Assembly (NCBI GenBank): GCA_003971905.1 | Contig: RSEE01000031.1 | Location: 434,001 to 498,000 of the forward strand | DNA length: 64,000 nucleotides | Direction: 5' to 3' | From: Moniliella sp. 'wahieum' | Lineage: Eukaryota | Shown here: in pieces, positions 61,584-64,000 of the stretch | Position numbering within the stretch: position 1 is the first letter of the stretch | How the letters are laid out: every line of letters starts with the position of its first letter | The notes under the pieces: generated by a model | Databases searched by the model: none | What the model saw: the letters and a program-made list of their open reading frames with translations, nothing else | Told to the model about the DNA's origin: nothing | Translations under genes and position numbers: made by a program

Positions 61584-63088
61584 GAGCCAGAAGAAACACA
61601 GTGGGTGGGAGGGAGGAGAGGGAGCTAGGACTGGTGGTATGCCAGGGAAAGGAGTGGGGGGGGGGGGGGGTTAGGAATTTTTACTTGCATGAGCACTGAG
61701 TTATCCAGAGAGGAAAGCTGGTGCGGGCGCGGGGAAGGAACGTACAATGAGACCGGGGGCCATTGACTCGTGGGGAGACACCACAATGCCAAAAACACAA
61801 TGCAAAACGTCAAAGGCAAGAGAGGACGGTGAGATGAGAGGTGACGGTGGGCAAGTGGAGGGTGGGAACGAGAGAAGATAAGTGAGCCACGGTAGGGGAA
61901 AACGAAGTTGGACGGATGAAAACACACGTCCCATATCAGTGGCTCTGTCGAGAAACCAGCAAAGGGAACAAGGCAAGGGTTGCCTTTGGCGCACGGACCT
62001 AGTGCCTGAGGCCTGACTGTCGGTGGGGGGGGGCGTACCTCCACTGCCCATGGGGCGTCTGAAAGCCCACGGCGCTAGCGCGTCCGACCCTCAGATGTCC
62101 CAGAGATATCAGACGGATATCATGTGAAGCTGAAGCTTGAAGCTTGAAGTGAGAAGCTGCTAGCGCGTATCAGTGTTGTGTGGACGCTGTGGAGTCCGCT
62201 CCACCCGCTTGCTGCGCTGGGCCGGAGCGCACAAGACCCCTAAAGCTTAAAGCCTCCTAAAAGGCCTGCGGCCTAAGGCCTACAACGCCTACGACCGACC
62301 CCCCTAAGCTCTAAGCCTAGATCTAACGCCCCCGCAAGCGCAAGCGCTAAGCGCTAAGCGCTGGACAGGCTAAGCGCCAAGCGGGAACATGGTAGGGGAA
62401 CATGTAGCAAGAGTGGTACGTACTCAGCGTGGCTGTAGCTACATACTCCACACACCTGTTTTGTCCGGGGCAGCGTGGGTGCTATATTAGACACCATCGG
62501 TGCCCGCACGGCGCCAGCCTGCGTCTGCCCCTCCTTCCCCCTTTTTTCACCATCTCCGTAGGTATAGACTGGTCGGGACGGATGGGGGGATCGGGGCCGC
62601 TGAGCGCTGCATGGGCTGGGCCTTGTGGATGGCAGGCAGGCCATGGTTCGGACAGATAGGCAGCAAAGCGACCATGGATGGAGGATGCAGATGGGGATGA
62701 TCAATTCGATGATCGATGACGAGAGTACGTTCGCTTTCAAGGAACTCAGCGTGCGTTGAACATCGATGAGGCTCATCGACATGTTCATCGGAATCGGACC
62801 GGGATGCACATAAGTTGAACGTTGAACGTTTGCATGATACAAGGTGTGCTTACGTACTCTGCCACCCCCTGGCAGCTTCAGCCTGCGGTCCAAGCAGCGG
62901 TGGCCAGCACAGGGGCGGAAGAGCGCGGAACAAGCTCTCTCGCCGGCCTTCGCGTGGCGCAGCCGCAGCAACTCAGCCAAAAAGATGGGCTTGGTTGGGG
63001 CCCAGTCGGGGCCGTCCCTCTTCTTGTACACTCGGGCCCGAGTGACTGCGTTGGCCGTTCCCCCCGAGCGCGGCTAGGAGCGCCCACC

Positions 63089-63545
63089 ATGCCCGCCCTT
63101 ACGCCCCAGCAGCACCGCACCCTCCTTTCTCTCTACCGCCGTGCGCTCAAGCAGGGCCAAGTCAGCTTTGCGGGCGACCCCAGTGCGCTCGCCGGATGGT
63201 TCCGCCACGTGCGCGCCCAGTTCCAACAGCCTCTGCCCCCGGCACGGGAGGGCGAGGATGCGGTGGCGGCCAAGGTGCAGGAATGGGAGGAAGGGCTGCG
63301 CTATCTCCGCCACAACATCGTCCAAGGCGTACGGCAAGAAGCGACGGGCGCGTACCGTACGTGGCGCCTCACCCTTCCCGCCGTGTTGTGCGACAACTGC
63401 TTCGAGTTTGAGTACTGACTGTTTTGGTGCGGGTCGTCGGGTTGGCAGGACTGAGGATCACCCCGACACGGAGTGGGCAACAATGAAGATATCAAGAAGG
63501 CCAGTAAGAAGCTCGCTAGCTCGGGAGTGGGGTGCTGCGGGGGAG
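63089..63545 (+). CDS. MZM1: Mzm1/LYRM7 LYR-motif complex III (Rieske) assembly chaperone; N-terminal module of a probable fusion ORF
   Basis: LLSLYRRALK...SFAGD, YLRHNIVQG, Y/RLRITPDTE.GNNEDIK. Intron 63357-63448 (GTACGT..TACTGAC..CAG). Two 1-nt losses at about 63464 and 63473 must be assumed. No stop follows the domain. Confidence 0.85.
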
Positions 63546-63673
63546 CAGGCGGTGCGGGCGTGTCGAACGCCCGTCCTTTTTCCACCCTGGCTCGGCGGCC
63601 TCAGCGTAGTCCCAGCACCAGCACCAGCACTGGCTTGGCCCTGGCGCGTAGCTTTGCCACGTCTGCACCGACG

Positions 63674-64000
63674 ATGGGCAGGCCAACCAAGTTGCATACG
63701 CCTGGCCCGTGTCCAAGTTCCCAATGACGATCGTGTTGAACGATGGATCGTCGATTGACGTGTTTACCTCCTCCTCCTCGTGCGGCGATGCGGTTGACCA
63801 GGGACCCAACGAACCACCCGCTGTGGAACCCGTTGGCAGAGCGGTCCAATGCGTTGGGTGTCGCGGTCGATATGGAAGGTCAACTGGGCCGCTTCCAAAA
63901 AAAGTTCTCCCAAGACGACTTTGCGTTTGCCGAGGAGGACTTGGACTGGATGTCGGGCGGGCAAGAGGCGACGCGGGGTGCGACGGTCGTCAAGACTTCC
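63674..64000 (+). CDS. MRPL36: Mitochondrial ribosomal protein bL31m (Mrpl36-like); C-terminal module of a probable fusion ORF, truncated by the window end
   Basis: KFPMTIVLNDGSSIDVFTSS then PRAAMRLTRDPTNHPLWNP...EGQLGRFQKKF, the fungal bL31m signature. Compensating indels near 63710 and 63770. Confidence 0.78.

Noticed and set aside
1..64000. Frameshifts in almost every gene, suggesting mass pseudogenisation or programmed frameshifting
   Set aside because: They affect essential genes (RNR1, SEN1, CDC10) whose motifs are otherwise intact, are mostly 1-nt losses and often fall in homopolymers. Long-read consensus error is the simplest explanation.

Overview
GC-rich, intron-poor fungal genomic DNA, most likely a basidiomycete (GTRCGT donors, CTRAC branch points, basidiomycete-type Sts1/Cut8 and PriB sequences). 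Nearly every gene is broken by single-base indels, which looks like long-read consensus error, so gene boundaries are approximate. In order, the window holds: KIN1-type kinase (truncated at the left edge), RAD54B/RDH54, a polyQ-rich SWI1/ARID subunit, an atypical intron-containing tRNA(CAA), nitronate monooxygenase, a solo LTR with a 5-bp TSD, RNR1 with an MCB cluster, SEN1, RIC1, STS1/Cut8, septin CDC10, a probable LINE RT relic, a PriB-like Zn2Cys6 factor, RRP14/SURF6-like, a RING-CH ligase, DLD1, a young full-length Ty1/copia element, an NCS1 permease, an Ecl1-like zinc-finger protein and MZM1. The most striking observation is at the right edge: MZM1 (a complex III chaperone) appears to run without a stop, through an internal mitochondrial-presequence-like linker, into mitoribosomal protein bL31m (MRPL36), making a candidate tandem mitochondrial precursor. 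The next most notable are an in-frame UAG between gag and pol of the copia element and a CAA-anticodon tRNA lacking the long variable arm. All family calls come from motif recognition; no database search was run.
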